Positions 9,499-18,146 are shown, counted from the first letter of the stretch. The stretch: DNA of 32,000 nucleotides from Halogeometricum borinquense DSM 11551 (GCF_000172995.2 NC_014729.1:1170001-1202000), one strand, 5' to 3'. Made by a program: numbers and translations. The notes: generated by a model not told the origin, from the sequence alone.

Positions 9499-9644
9499 GC
9501 TACTCTCATCTCGGGTCCCAAACCACGTATATACTGTACTCTCTCGCATCGAATTGGGCCGAATCAACGACGTTTTAGTGTCGCCGCTGTCGGTCGATTC
9601 GTGTCGTCCGCGGCGGTCGGCTCTCCTGAACGGTCGAAGCATAT

Positions 9645-10907
9645 TTATACTAGATCTCCTTCGTCGTCGTTTTCGTCCGGCAGGACGAGAACGTTCTCTC
9701 GGCCGAGGCGGAACGCATCGAGGTCACCTTCGTCCCGCATCTTCCGGACGACCTGACTCGTCTTCGCGTCCGTCCAATCGAGCGTCCCGGCGACCTCCTG
9801 CTGTTTCAGTCGGCCTCCTTCGTGTTCGATGAGCGCCAGCACGCGTTCTTCGTTGCTGAGGAGTTCGTCCTCCCACGGCGGCGTGTCGTCCGCCGGGGCG
9901 GGTGTCGCCTCGGTGTCGTCCGCTGCCGTTCCGTCGGTACCGCCCGTGGACCCGTCTTCGTCAGTCGTCTTCGTTTCGTCCGACTCAGATGTGTCAGCCA
10001 TCTCGGCCGACTCGGACCGGGCGTCGGATGACTGGGGCGACGACGCCGCTGCTCCCGCACCATCTCGGCCATCGTCGGACGGGCCAGTTTTGATGGCGGT
10101 CCCGCCGCCCCGGCGGTAGAACACCCACCCGCCACCAACGGCGACAACGACAAGGAGCAGACCCGCGCCGACGAACCACGTACTCGAGTTATCCGAATCC
10201 CCCGAGGCGGTCGTCCCGTCGCCTACTCCACCGGTGTTCGACGAGTCACCTGTCTCCGTCCCAGTTTGCGGTGAGAGTATAATCGACGGTTCACCCGGTC
10301 CAAAGTCGAGCGGGCCGTTCCAGACGACAGTGCGACTCCGTTCGTCGTCGGGTGATGGGGTTGCATCCTGTGCGGCGTACCCCTCTGGCCACGTCATCAG
10401 AAGCGACGTCTCCTCATCGAGGAACAGACCCGCGAGCGCATCACCAGCACGAATGCTGTCACCGTCTATCTCGGCGAAATTAGTCCAGACGAACCGGTAG
10501 GTGACGACGCCGTACTCCTGCGGAAGTCCTTGGCGCGAAACGGAGACGCTCACGTTCCGAACGTCCATCTCGCGCCCAGTGGCGTTCTCTGCCGTCTGTG
10601 CGGTGGCGTCCATCCGGTCGTGGAATTCTCCGGTGAACTGCGATTCGTTGTTCTCGATGTCTTGCCGAACGGACTCAAACGCCGCTGTCGCGTTTTCATC
10701 GCCGTCGAGGAGGACGCGATACTCGACCTCCCAGATAGCGGATCCGTTCTCTTGGATATCAATTCGGAGGGAGACGTCGTCGGGCGCAAGTTGCGTCCCA
10801 GCGACGGCCTGCGTCGATTGGGCGGTCGCAGGCGTGGCAGCGCCCAAAACGGTGGCAAAAATAATCACCGTAATGACACAGAGCGTTCGGGGTTCGAGAC
10901 GACTCAT
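9645..10907 (-). CDS. membrane-anchored winged-helix transcription regulator with extracytoplasmic N-domain
   Basis: Start at ATG 10907 (MSRLEPRTLCVITVIIFATVLGAATPATA). The layout is an external domain of about 230 aa, one TM (WFVGAGLLLVVVAVGGGWVFY), an acidic linker and a C-terminal wHTH (NEERVLALIEHEGGRLKQQEVAGTLDWTDAKTSQVVRKMRDEG). Confidence 0.8.
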   Translation of the reverse strand: MSRLEPRTLCVITVIIFATVLGAATPATAQSTQAVAGTQLAPDDVSLRIDIQENGSAIWEVEYRVLLDGDENATAAFESVRQDIENNESQFTGEFHDRMDATAQTAENATGREMDVRNVSVSVSRQGLPQEYGVVTYRFVWTNFAEIDGDSIRAGDALAGLFLDEETSLLMTWPEGYAAQDATPSPDDERSRTVVWNGPLDFGPGEPSIILSPQTGTETGDSSNTGGVGDGTTASGDSDNSSTWFVGAGLLLVVVAVGGGWVFYRRGGGTAIKTGPSDDGRDGAGAAASSPQSSDARSESAEMADTSESDETKTTDEDGSTGGTDGTAADDTEATPAPADDTPPWEDELLSNEERVLALIEHEGGRLKQQEVAGTLDWTDAKTSQVVRKMRDEGDLDAFRLGRENVLVLPDENDDEGDLV

Positions 10908-11040
10908 TCGCCCCCATCCATGAAGCCCTCCAACAAACAACTTCCGAGTGAGACCAAATAGCGTCTGTTAGATGTCATTTTTATAGAGGGAGTTACGGTT
11001 CCGAACACCTTTAAGCGGCTCCTCCACGTACCCTCACTCC

Positions 11041-11127
11041 ATGGACGGTCCCGACGTATTTTTCCTCGTCATAACGGCACTCATCTTCCTTCTCATTGCG
11101 CTTGGGTTAGTGCTCAGTCTCCTCTGA
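11041..11127 (+). CDS. possible 28-aa single-TM micro-protein
   Basis: ATG...TGA ORF translating to MDGPDVFFLVITALIFLLIALGLVLSLL, below the track cutoff. A TATA-like CCTTTAAG lies about 26-33 nt upstream. Otherwise unsupported. Confidence 0.25.
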   Translation: MDGPDVFFLVITALIFLLIALGLVLSLL

Positions 11128-11177
11128 GTGAAGGCGGCAGAAAGCTTATAGCAAAAAAATGTCGTCTCTTAGACGCC

Positions 11178-11336
11178 ATGCCCGAATGTCAGAACTGTGG
11201 TTCCTTCGTCACGACAGCGTACGCCCGGGTATTCGCCCCGGACGGCATGGATCACCCGCGTGTCTGTCCGAGCTGTGAGGATATGGTTCGAGACGGCGCA
11301 GAGGTGAGACAAGCACGCTCCCCTCGGAACACCTGA
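11178..11336 (+). CDS. small zinc-finger protein (two CxxC pairs)
   Basis: 52-aa ORF MPECQNCGSF...RVCPSCEDMV, below the track cutoff. It resembles the abundant haloarchaeal small CPxCG-type zinc-finger proteins. A TATA-like GCTTATAGC sits at about -27 to -35. Confidence 0.6.
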   Translation: MPECQNCGSFVTTAYARVFAPDGMDHPRVCPSCEDMVRDGAEVRQARSPRNT

Positions 11337-11346
11337 GAACGACGGT

Positions 11347-11583
11347 TCAGGCGATACGGTAGCGCTCGGCGTCCTGGTGTATGAGTCCCCGCTTACATAG
11401 GGCCCCCAGGATGCTGTACAAGGAGATCTTCTTCATCTCCAACCCCTCTTGGAGTTCAGTTATAGAGGATTCGCCCTGTACTGAGAGGTAAAGATAGACG
11501 AGTTTGGCGCTCGGCGAGTCGAGTTCTTCCGGAACGGCGACCGGCGCTGTCCCGGCAGACGGCGATTGAACAGTCCCTTGCAT
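11347..11583 (-). CDS. small winged-helix DNA-binding protein
   Basis: 78 aa from ATG 11583. The wHTH-like block is SAKLVYLYLSVQGESSITELQEGLEMKKISLYSILGALCKRGLI. The track extension to 11805 runs into the tRNA-like element. Confidence 0.6.
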   Translation of the reverse strand: MQGTVQSPSAGTAPVAVPEELDSPSAKLVYLYLSVQGESSITELQEGLEMKKISLYSILGALCKRGLIHQDAERYRIA

Positions 11584-11781
11584 AGTCGTTATCGGCCTGA
11601 CTACTTCGACGATAATAAAATCAACCCACGTCAATTGTCGAAATGGGAGCGAAGCGATTCGGCGGAGAGGAGGCACAACGCCGCTAAACCGACGAATCTT
11701 CAGGAACGTTCCCGTACGAAATGAGCCGGATCCGTTCGCCTTTTTTCGACTTCTGACGAGGGGCGGTTTCGACTGGGAGAG

Positions 11782-11880
11782 TGGAAGGGGCGGGAGTCGA
11801 ACCACGCGAAGCCGTAAACCCGGGCGACCGCAGAGGGTCGCTGCCGGAAGTTTATTGCTCTACCACTGAGCCACCCTTCC
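11782..11880 (-). ncRNA. aberrant tRNA-like element (pseudo-tRNA, t-element or unusual intron-containing tRNA)
   Basis: The minus strand reads GGAAGGG-TG-GCTC-AGTGGTA-GAGC ... TTCGACT-CCCGC-CCCTTCC-A. The acceptor stem is a perfect 7 bp, with a canonical D arm and T loop. The T-stem 5' strand is GCGTGG and needs a bulged U. The anticodon arm is an AT-rich TAAAC/GTTTA stem enclosing a 30-nt insert. Confidence 0.5.
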
Positions 11881-12432
11881 GTTCCGGCATAGGGCTGTGA
11901 CAGTTGACATCCTCCTCGTAAACGGGGAGGAATCCCGAGCGGTGGGTGTTTCAGGTTAGCAGTCCAATCACCGGACTACCACACCTTTCGGACATGGGTA
12001 GTCCCATAGCATCGGAGTGGTGGACTGCTGGCCATGCCAAGTGGCCGTTACCCCTCTCCTCGACCATATACGGCGTCCCGGCGTTGTTTTTGCCACGGGG
12101 ACGCCGGCAGGCGTCAGCAGAGTCGGGGGTATCGTCTTGCCCGCTTTCAGCAGCCGGCACAGACACACTCTTCTAAATGTGCGTTCACCGACTGGTCTTT
12201 CGGATACTGCCTCGTTACGTGGGTGGACAGGCCACCTCCGAAGGACGGTTCGGAATCCGCTCCGTTCCGACCGATTCCTACCCATAAGTATGGTAGCCTG
12301 TCACTTAAACGCCAGTCTTCTGAAACTCAAGACGGTCATCGAATGGAGATGCTCTCCCAAATGACGGCGCGTATCCACGGCGTGAACGCCGTGGTATTGC
12401 GCCTGTTCAGCATATAAATACCCGTTGGGGCG
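11881..12432 (-). other. ORF-free, hairpin-rich region of unknown function (possible structured RNA or long tRNA-like leader)
   Basis: No ORF here has halophile-like composition. Strong local stems occur at 11911-11930 (8 bp plus tetraloop), 11973-12004 (8 bp), 12071-12106 (9 bp) and 12375-12394 (8 bp plus tetraloop). A TATA-like TATTTATATG on the minus strand lies at 12411-12420. Confidence 0.3.
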
Positions 12433-13344
12433 CTACGTTCTCGCCAGCGAAAGCCACAACCAGACCACCGTCTGCGCGGCGACGAATACGACCATCGCGG
12501 CGACGGCAGGGAACGGGGATCTGACGCGAGTGTAGCGGACACCGCCCCAGACCGAGAGCGGGACTGCGAAGAGTCCGGCGCCGACGACCACCCACGGAAC
12601 GATGCCGCCGACACCGAGGAGGACGAGTGTCGCGTAAGCGGCGAAGACACTCAGCCAATACGCCCGCCTGAGGCGGTGCGAATCCCACCGAACGGCCAGC
12701 GTCTCCTTTCCGACCGACGCATCGGGTTTTCGGTCCGCCCAGTGCGTCGTGAGAAGATTCGCAAACACGAGGACGGCGAACGGAACAAACACCAGCGTCG
12801 CCGTCACGGGCACCGACTCGGTGACGACAGTGAAGCCGTACGCCGGGAGCAACACGCCACCCAGAATCGTGTTCGTTGCTTCTCCGTATCCGTTCCAGAC
12901 GAGTTCGAGCGGTGGCAACGAGTACTGGACGCCGACGATGCCGATAGTGAGGAGGATCAGAAACGCCGAGAGCGGCAGCACATGCGCGCCCAGTGCCACG
13001 ACGGCCGCGAGGACGCCCACGATGCTTGAGAGGAGCATCGCCCGTCGCAGAAACAGTGGCGGGAGTCCTGTGCGGACGAGCGCACCGCTCCCGCCCGAAA
13101 ACGGCGTCCGGTTCGCGCGGCTATCTGTCTCGTAGTCATCATATTCATTTGCGTAGTGGACAGTCACCGCCGTCGGGACGAACGCGACGAACGAGAGGGC
13201 GAACGTGGCAGGTGAGAGAGTCCCGCCGACGCTCACGGCAACGAGTCCACCGAAAGCGTAGACGAGAGCCATCAGCGCTACCTGTTCAGGCCGGCTCGCG
13301 TCGAACAGAGCGCGAACGATTGTCAGCGGGTCAGTGCGTATCAC
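12433..13344 (-). CDS. UbiA family prenyltransferase
   Basis: Polytopic membrane protein with the Asp-rich motif NEYDDYETD (N-x-x-x-D-x-x-x-D type). Confidence 0.85.
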   Translation of the reverse strand: MIRTDPLTIVRALFDASRPEQVALMALVYAFGGLVAVSVGGTLSPATFALSFVAFVPTAVTVHYANEYDDYETDSRANRTPFSGGSGALVRTGLPPLFLRRAMLLSSIVGVLAAVVALGAHVLPLSAFLILLTIGIVGVQYSLPPLELVWNGYGEATNTILGGVLLPAYGFTVVTESVPVTATLVFVPFAVLVFANLLTTHWADRKPDASVGKETLAVRWDSHRLRRAYWLSVFAAYATLVLLGVGGIVPWVVVGAGLFAVPLSVWGGVRYTRVRSPFPAVAAMVVFVAAQTVVWLWLSLART

Positions 13345-13402
13345 AGTGAAGAAAATCAGCTTCGGGAAGAAAAGCGTCGCGTGAGTCAGTCTAGAGTCCG
13401 AG

Positions 13403-15241
13403 TTAGTAACTACGGACTTTCGGTTCGTACGTCTTGTTTTCGCCTTCGAGGACGACCGGCCGGTACCACAGTTCCGGTTCGCCGTCGTTCCACGACAGCA
13501 GCGTGTGCTTGAGCCACTTGTCGTCCTTGCGCTCTTGGTGTTCTTTCCGCCAGTGTGCGCCGCGGAACTCGTCGCGGGCCAACGCGCCGAGCGTGATCGC
13601 TTCCGCGGTGTCGAGGATGTTCCGCGTCTCGATGGTGTGGATGAGGTCGGTGTTGAACGTGCGCGATTTGTCTGCGACGTACACGTCCTCGTACTTCTCG
13701 CGCGCCTTGCGGATGTCCCGAAGCGCCTCCTTCAGTCCATCCTTCTCGCGGAACACGTTCACGTGCTGGGTCATCGTCTGCTGGACCTCAGCGCGAATCT
13801 CGGCGTGCTGGACACCGTCGTCCTTCTCTAGCAGCGACTCGACGCGCTCGCGTTCGGCATCGAGGGCGCGCTGGACGTACTCCTCACCTGAGAGCGACCC
13901 TGCGGCGGCCCCTCCATCGGCAACCACATCTTCGCCGGAGGAGACTGCGCCGGGTTCGACGGGCGTCTCGACTTCGCCGACTTCCCATTCGCCGCGCTGA
14001 CCCGTCTCGATCTTCGCTTCGCCGAGGTCACGGCCCGCGGCGTGGTGACCGGCACGCTTGCCGAACACGATGAGTTCCGGCAGGGCGTTGCCGCCGAGGC
14101 GGTTCGATCCGTGGACGGAGGCGCAAGCGCACTCACCGGCCGCGTAGAGGCCGGAGATACACGTCTCTCCGTTCTCGTCGGTCTCGATGCCGCCCATCGC
14201 GTAGTGCTGACCGGGCTTGACGGGCATCGGTTCTTCGAGCGGATCGACACCCTCGAAGTCTTCCGAGAGGTGGACGATGTTCTCCAGTCGGTCGATGATA
14301 CGCTCTTCACCCAGATGGCGCATGTCGAGGTGGACGTACTCGTCCTCGATACCGCGACCCTCGTTCACCTCGGTGAGTTCTGCGCGCGAGACCACGTCGC
14401 GGGAGGCGAGTTCGCCATCGTTGTTTGCGTAGCCGTACTCGAACATGAAGCGCTCTCCGTCCTCGTTGTAGAGGATACCACCCTCCCCGCGGACACCCTC
14501 GGTGATGAGGACACCCGTCGAGGGGAGCGTCGTCGGGTGGAACTGGATGAACTCCATGTCTTCCATCGGAACGCCCGCGCGGTAGGCCATCGCAGGGCCG
14601 TCGCCGGTGTTGGCGACGGCGTTGGTCGTGTGGTCGAACACCTGACCGGGACCGCCGGTTGCGAGGATGACGCCGTTACGCGCGTGGAACGCCGAAATTT
14701 CACCGGATTTGATGTCGTAGGCGACGACGCCGTGACAGGTCCGGTCTTCGGGGTCCTCCTCGTCGGAGACGGCAAGACGCGTGACGTACCACTCGTCGTA
14801 CACCTCGATGCCGCGTTTGACCAACTGCTCGTACATCGTGTGCAGGAGTTGGTGGCCCGTCTCCGCACCGGCGTACGTCGTTCGGGGGAACGACATGCCA
14901 CCGAACGGACGCTGGCTCACTCGCCCGTCGTCGTCACGGGAGAACGCAAGTCCCCAGTGTTCCAGTTGGATGACTTCTTCGGGGCTGTCCTGACAGAGTG
15001 TCTCGATAGCCGGGGCGTCGCCGAGATAGTCCGACCCCTTCATCGTGTCGTAGGCGTGTTGCTCCCACGAGTCGCCCTCGCGGAGGGCGGCGTTGATGCC
15101 ACCCTCGGCCGCGCCCGTGTGACTGCGGACGGGGTGGAGCTTCGAGACGATAGCAACGTCTGCTCCTTCTTCTTGTGCCGCGATTGCCGCGCGGAGACCC
15201 GCGCCGCCCGCGCCGACAACGATAACGTCGTGTTCGTGCAT
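13403..15241 (-). CDS. sdhA: succinate dehydrogenase flavoprotein subunit
   Basis: FAD-binding N-terminus VIVVGAGGAGLRAA, the histidyl-FAD region RSHTGAAEGG, and HPT/GEGG blocks typical of SdhA/FrdA. Confidence 0.95.
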   Translation of the reverse strand: MHEHDVIVVGAGGAGLRAAIAAQEEGADVAIVSKLHPVRSHTGAAEGGINAALREGDSWEQHAYDTMKGSDYLGDAPAIETLCQDSPEEVIQLEHWGLAFSRDDDGRVSQRPFGGMSFPRTTYAGAETGHQLLHTMYEQLVKRGIEVYDEWYVTRLAVSDEEDPEDRTCHGVVAYDIKSGEISAFHARNGVILATGGPGQVFDHTTNAVANTGDGPAMAYRAGVPMEDMEFIQFHPTTLPSTGVLITEGVRGEGGILYNEDGERFMFEYGYANNDGELASRDVVSRAELTEVNEGRGIEDEYVHLDMRHLGEERIIDRLENIVHLSEDFEGVDPLEEPMPVKPGQHYAMGGIETDENGETCISGLYAAGECACASVHGSNRLGGNALPELIVFGKRAGHHAAGRDLGEAKIETGQRGEWEVGEVETPVEPGAVSSGEDVVADGGAAAGSLSGEEYVQRALDAERERVESLLEKDDGVQHAEIRAEVQQTMTQHVNVFREKDGLKEALRDIRKAREKYEDVYVADKSRTFNTDLIHTIETRNILDTAEAITLGALARDEFRGAHWRKEHQERKDDKWLKHTLLSWNDGEPELWYRPVVLEGENKTYEPKVRSY

Positions 15242-15293
15242 TGTGTGAATTATTGTCGTGGGTTAGGACTGGCTGAACTTGAGGATTGCCCGT

Positions 15294-16172
15294 TCACCAG
15301 AACTTGAGGTTGTTCTTGACCGCTTCGCGCTTCAGCTCCTGAATGTGTTCCGTGAGGGGGATATCCTTCGGACACACTTCGGTGCAGGAGAACTGCGTCT
15401 GACAGCGCCAAACGCCGTGTTCCTGTTCGAGAATCTCCATCCGGTGTTGCTTCATGTCCTCGCCCTCGCGTTCGTCCATCGTAAAGCGGTAGGCCTTGTT
15501 GATGGCCGCCGGGCCGAGGTACTTGTTGTCGCCCGCGGCGATGTTGCACGAGGACATGCAGGCACCGCACCAGATGCACCGCGTGGACATCTTGATCTTC
15601 TCGCGGTTTTCACGCGTCTGCCGCTGCTCTTCGAGTTCGCCGTCCGGCAGGTCGTTCGTCTGGAAGTACGGTTCGACCGACTCCATCTGGTCGTAGAAGT
15701 GCTCCATGTCCACGACGAGGTCTTTGACGACCTCCTGGTGGGGGAGCGGTTCGATGCGGACGGGTTCTTCGAGGTCCGACAGTTGCGTCTTGCAACCGAG
15801 TCGCTGCGAGCCGTTGACGAACAGCGCGTCGGAGCCACAGATGGCCTGCCGACAGGAATGTCGGAACGTCAGGCTGGAGTCGTAGTGGTCGCGCGCGTAC
15901 ATCAGCGCGTCGAGGACGGTCATCCCCTTGTGGTAGGGGACGTGGAAATCGTCGAACCGCGGTTCCTGTTTGCCCGCGACTTCGGGGTCGTAGCGGAACA
16001 CCTTGAGGAGGTACGTATCCTCGCCGGCCGCGGCCGATTCGGCCTCTTCGGCCTGTCGCTCGCGCTCCTCGGCTTTCTGCCGTTTCTTCTCCATGCGCGC
16101 CTGTTGCGCGGCGGACGTCTCGGTGTCCGCGGACGATTCGTCTTCGACTTGTTCCGGAACTTGCGTACTCAT
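15294..16172 (-). CDS. sdhB: succinate dehydrogenase iron-sulfur subunit
   Basis: Cys clusters for 2Fe-2S (CRQAICGSDA...C), 4Fe-4S (CIWCGACMSSC) and 3Fe-4S (CQTQFSCTEVCP). The N-terminal extension is charged. Confidence 0.95.
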   Translation of the reverse strand: MSTQVPEQVEDESSADTETSAAQQARMEKKRQKAEERERQAEEAESAAAGEDTYLLKVFRYDPEVAGKQEPRFDDFHVPYHKGMTVLDALMYARDHYDSSLTFRHSCRQAICGSDALFVNGSQRLGCKTQLSDLEEPVRIEPLPHQEVVKDLVVDMEHFYDQMESVEPYFQTNDLPDGELEEQRQTRENREKIKMSTRCIWCGACMSSCNIAAGDNKYLGPAAINKAYRFTMDEREGEDMKQHRMEILEQEHGVWRCQTQFSCTEVCPKDIPLTEHIQELKREAVKNNLKFW

Positions 16173-16173
16173 G

Positions 16174-16551
16174 TTAGAAGGGGAGGAGAGCGATTCCCGC
16201 CCACTCGTTTGCGGTTCTGATTCCCTGCACGATCAGGAGGATGCTCGCTGCGATCAGCGTCCACTTGACGGCAGTCTTGCGCGTGCCTTCGATCCCCTGA
16301 TTCACCAGCGCGTTGTAGACGCCGTTGACGCCGTGGAACGTCGCGGTGATGAGGAACAGCACCATCAGCGAGTAGTACGTCCACTGCTGCATCCGTGCCG
16401 CCGACATCTGGAACGTCACGTCGGCCGCGTGGTGGACGAAGTGAAGCAGGAAGAAGTGGAACGCTAGCACTACCACGAGGAACGCGGCCGTGATGCGCTG
16501 CCAGAGCCATCGGCGGCCGCCACGTTCGAACGAGGAGTAGTGTTCTGCCAT
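16174..16551 (-). CDS. sdhD: succinate dehydrogenase membrane subunit
   Basis: 125-aa three-TM protein tightly packed between sdhC and sdhB (1-nt gaps). Confidence 0.8.
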   Translation of the reverse strand: MAEHYSSFERGGRRWLWQRITAAFLVVVLAFHFFLLHFVHHAADVTFQMSAARMQQWTYYSLMVLFLITATFHGVNGVYNALVNQGIEGTRKTAVKWTLIAASILLIVQGIRTANEWAGIALLPF

Positions 16552-16552
16552 C

Positions 16553-16945
16553 TCAGAACACCCCCGCCACGAACGTTGGGACGCTGGCGACGACTATCGC
16601 ACCCGTCAGTGCCAGCGACGCGTAGAAACTCTTGTCCTGTGCGTGAAGCCCCACGCCGAGATCGACGAGGAGCAATCTGAGGCCGTTGAGGATGTGGAAA
16701 ACGGCCACCGCGAGCAGGCCCACTTCGAGAATTCGGACCACGAGCAGACTTTCGAGCGTCTGAATCGTGTTAGTGTACTCCGCCTGCCCGGTCAACGCCG
16801 TCGAAAGGACGGCGATGTGGGTGAATAGGTATCCCACCAGCACCCAGCCGGTGAACTTGTGGAAAATCCAGGCCCACATCCCTGCCGAGAACTCCTTCCA
16901 GCGGCCGAAGTCCTCTATGAGGCCTCGATTGTAAGACTGACTCAT
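16553..16945 (-). CDS. sdhC: succinate dehydrogenase cytochrome b subunit
   Basis: 130-aa three-TM protein, the first gene of the sdhCDBA cluster. Confidence 0.8.
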   Translation of the reverse strand: MSQSYNRGLIEDFGRWKEFSAGMWAWIFHKFTGWVLVGYLFTHIAVLSTALTGQAEYTNTIQTLESLLVVRILEVGLLAVAVFHILNGLRLLLVDLGVGLHAQDKSFYASLALTGAIVVASVPTFVAGVF

Positions 16946-17088
16946 ACTCTCGTGAATCTCGGGAGTGCGATAGTATAGAACTTACGTGTACGTCCGAAAG
17001 TGGCCTGGAAGAATCGGCAGACTGTGCCGGGAAGTCCGGTGGAGGCGTCTGTAGAATTTACTGAGTGCGTAGTACCTCAGTTCGCCGG

Positions 17089-18117
17089 TCACGCCCGAAC
17101 GGTCTCGCCGTCGGGTGACTGCTCGCGTTCGACGACGCGGCGGACGGGTTCTTCGAGTTCGACGAGGTGGCACAGCGGATTCCCCGGATAGACGACTGGG
17201 TTCTCCAAGACGCCAACGAGGAGGCCGGTAAACGGCGCTTGAATCGTCACGTTGTCGTCCTTGAACGGGTTGGTGATGGTGCAGATGCGGTCGCCTTCGT
17301 GGACGAGTGCGCCGCGGTCGTAGTGCATATCCACGATGCCGCCCGCGTCGGCGCGAATCCACGTCTTCTCGCTGTCGTCGTCGATGACCGTTCGCCAACC
17401 GGGCCATCGGACGGCGGTGGTGTCGCGTAACCCGTACTCCGCGAAGACGCTCTCGACGCCCGCGAGTGCTTCGTCAATGAGTTCGCGTTGGAACCGATGT
17501 GCTTCACCCATTTCGACGGTGATCGTCGGCACACCGACGGCTGTCGCCTCGGTGCGGAGCATCCCGCTGGAACCCTCCCCGGCGATAATGACGTGCGATC
17601 CGAACGCCCTCGCCAGTCGTGCGCTCCCGTCGTGTTCCATGTTTGCGCGGACGTGGATCATGTTCGTCCGCCCGCGCGTGGAGGTATGGAAATCGATGCC
17701 GAAATCGCAGGGGGCGATGAAGTTATCGAAAATGCGAGCGGCCATCCGCTTTGCACTCGTTGAGTCTTCGCGCCCGGGGAACGACCGATTCAGGTCGCGG
17801 TCATAAATCGGAAGATATCGCTGTTGAGCCAAGAATCCGGGAACGTTCAGGACGGGCATGCAGACGAGCGTCCCGGCGAGATCCGAGAGGTCCCACTCGT
17901 GGGCTACCTCACGCACTACCTCGATGCCGTTGAGTTCGTCACCGTGTGCAGCGGCCGAGAGGAACGCCGTCGGCCCGTCGCGTTCGCCGTTGACGATGGT
18001 GACGGGGATACGCACCGGATCGCCGAGATACGTCTCACTGATGCCGTAACGGATGTTCTGCGTCTCGCCCGGCGCAACCTTCCCGCCGTTGTACGTGAAC
18101 GCCCCATCGTCGCCCAT
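17089..18117 (-). CDS. succinylglutamate desuccinylase/aspartoacylase (AstE/AspA, M14-like) family deacylase
   Basis: Zn-binding H-x-x-E motif (AAHGDELNG), a downstream DFHTS histidine, and the typical length of about 340 aa. Confidence 0.85.
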   Translation of the reverse strand: MGDDGAFTYNGGKVAPGETQNIRYGISETYLGDPVRIPVTIVNGERDGPTAFLSAAAHGDELNGIEVVREVAHEWDLSDLAGTLVCMPVLNVPGFLAQQRYLPIYDRDLNRSFPGREDSTSAKRMAARIFDNFIAPCDFGIDFHTSTRGRTNMIHVRANMEHDGSARLARAFGSHVIIAGEGSSGMLRTEATAVGVPTITVEMGEAHRFQRELIDEALAGVESVFAEYGLRDTTAVRWPGWRTVIDDDSEKTWIRADAGGIVDMHYDRGALVHEGDRICTITNPFKDDNVTIQAPFTGLLVGVLENPVVYPGNPLCHLVELEEPVRRVVEREQSPDGETVRA

Positions 18118-18138
18118 ACCGGTCCTCGGGTTGCGGGA

Positions 18139-18146
18139 TATATAAA
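18139..18146 (-). promoter_or_regulatory. TATA box candidate for the deacylase gene
   Basis: The minus strand reads TTTATATA, 22-29 nt upstream of ATG 18117. This is consistent with a leaderless haloarchaeal transcript. Confidence 0.4.

Noticed and set aside
8375-9832. Plus-strand ORFs 8375..9100, 8497..8976, 8670..9350 and 9164..9832
   Set aside because: They overlap the secreted-protein and regulator genes on the opposite strand. Their S/R/P-rich sequences are typical of antisense frames of low-complexity GC-rich DNA.
12375-12394. 8-bp hairpin as an intrinsic terminator of the sdh-ubiA transcription unit
   Set aside because: It lies about 40 nt after the UbiA stop, but it is not followed by an oligo-T run on the minus strand, which is the main archaeal termination signal. 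It is therefore listed only as part of the structured region.
11881-12432. RNase P RNA or SRP (7S) RNA identity for the ORF-free structured region
   Set aside because: Neither strand contains the universal RNase P CR-I GAGGAAAGUCC or the ACAGAA...GGCUUA elements. The UGAAA...CAAGA resemblance to CR-II/III is in the wrong order. No SRP helix-8 GGAAGG.AGCA-type motif was found. The region is left unassigned.
14042-15307. 421-aa plus-strand ORF
   Set aside because: It lies antisense to sdhA, whose motifs are unambiguous. Its R/V/G/D-rich composition with no recognisable motifs is the usual shadow ORF of a high-GC gene.
15279-16220. 313-aa plus-strand ORF
   Set aside because: It lies antisense to sdhB. 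It is R/L/V/F-rich with no motifs.
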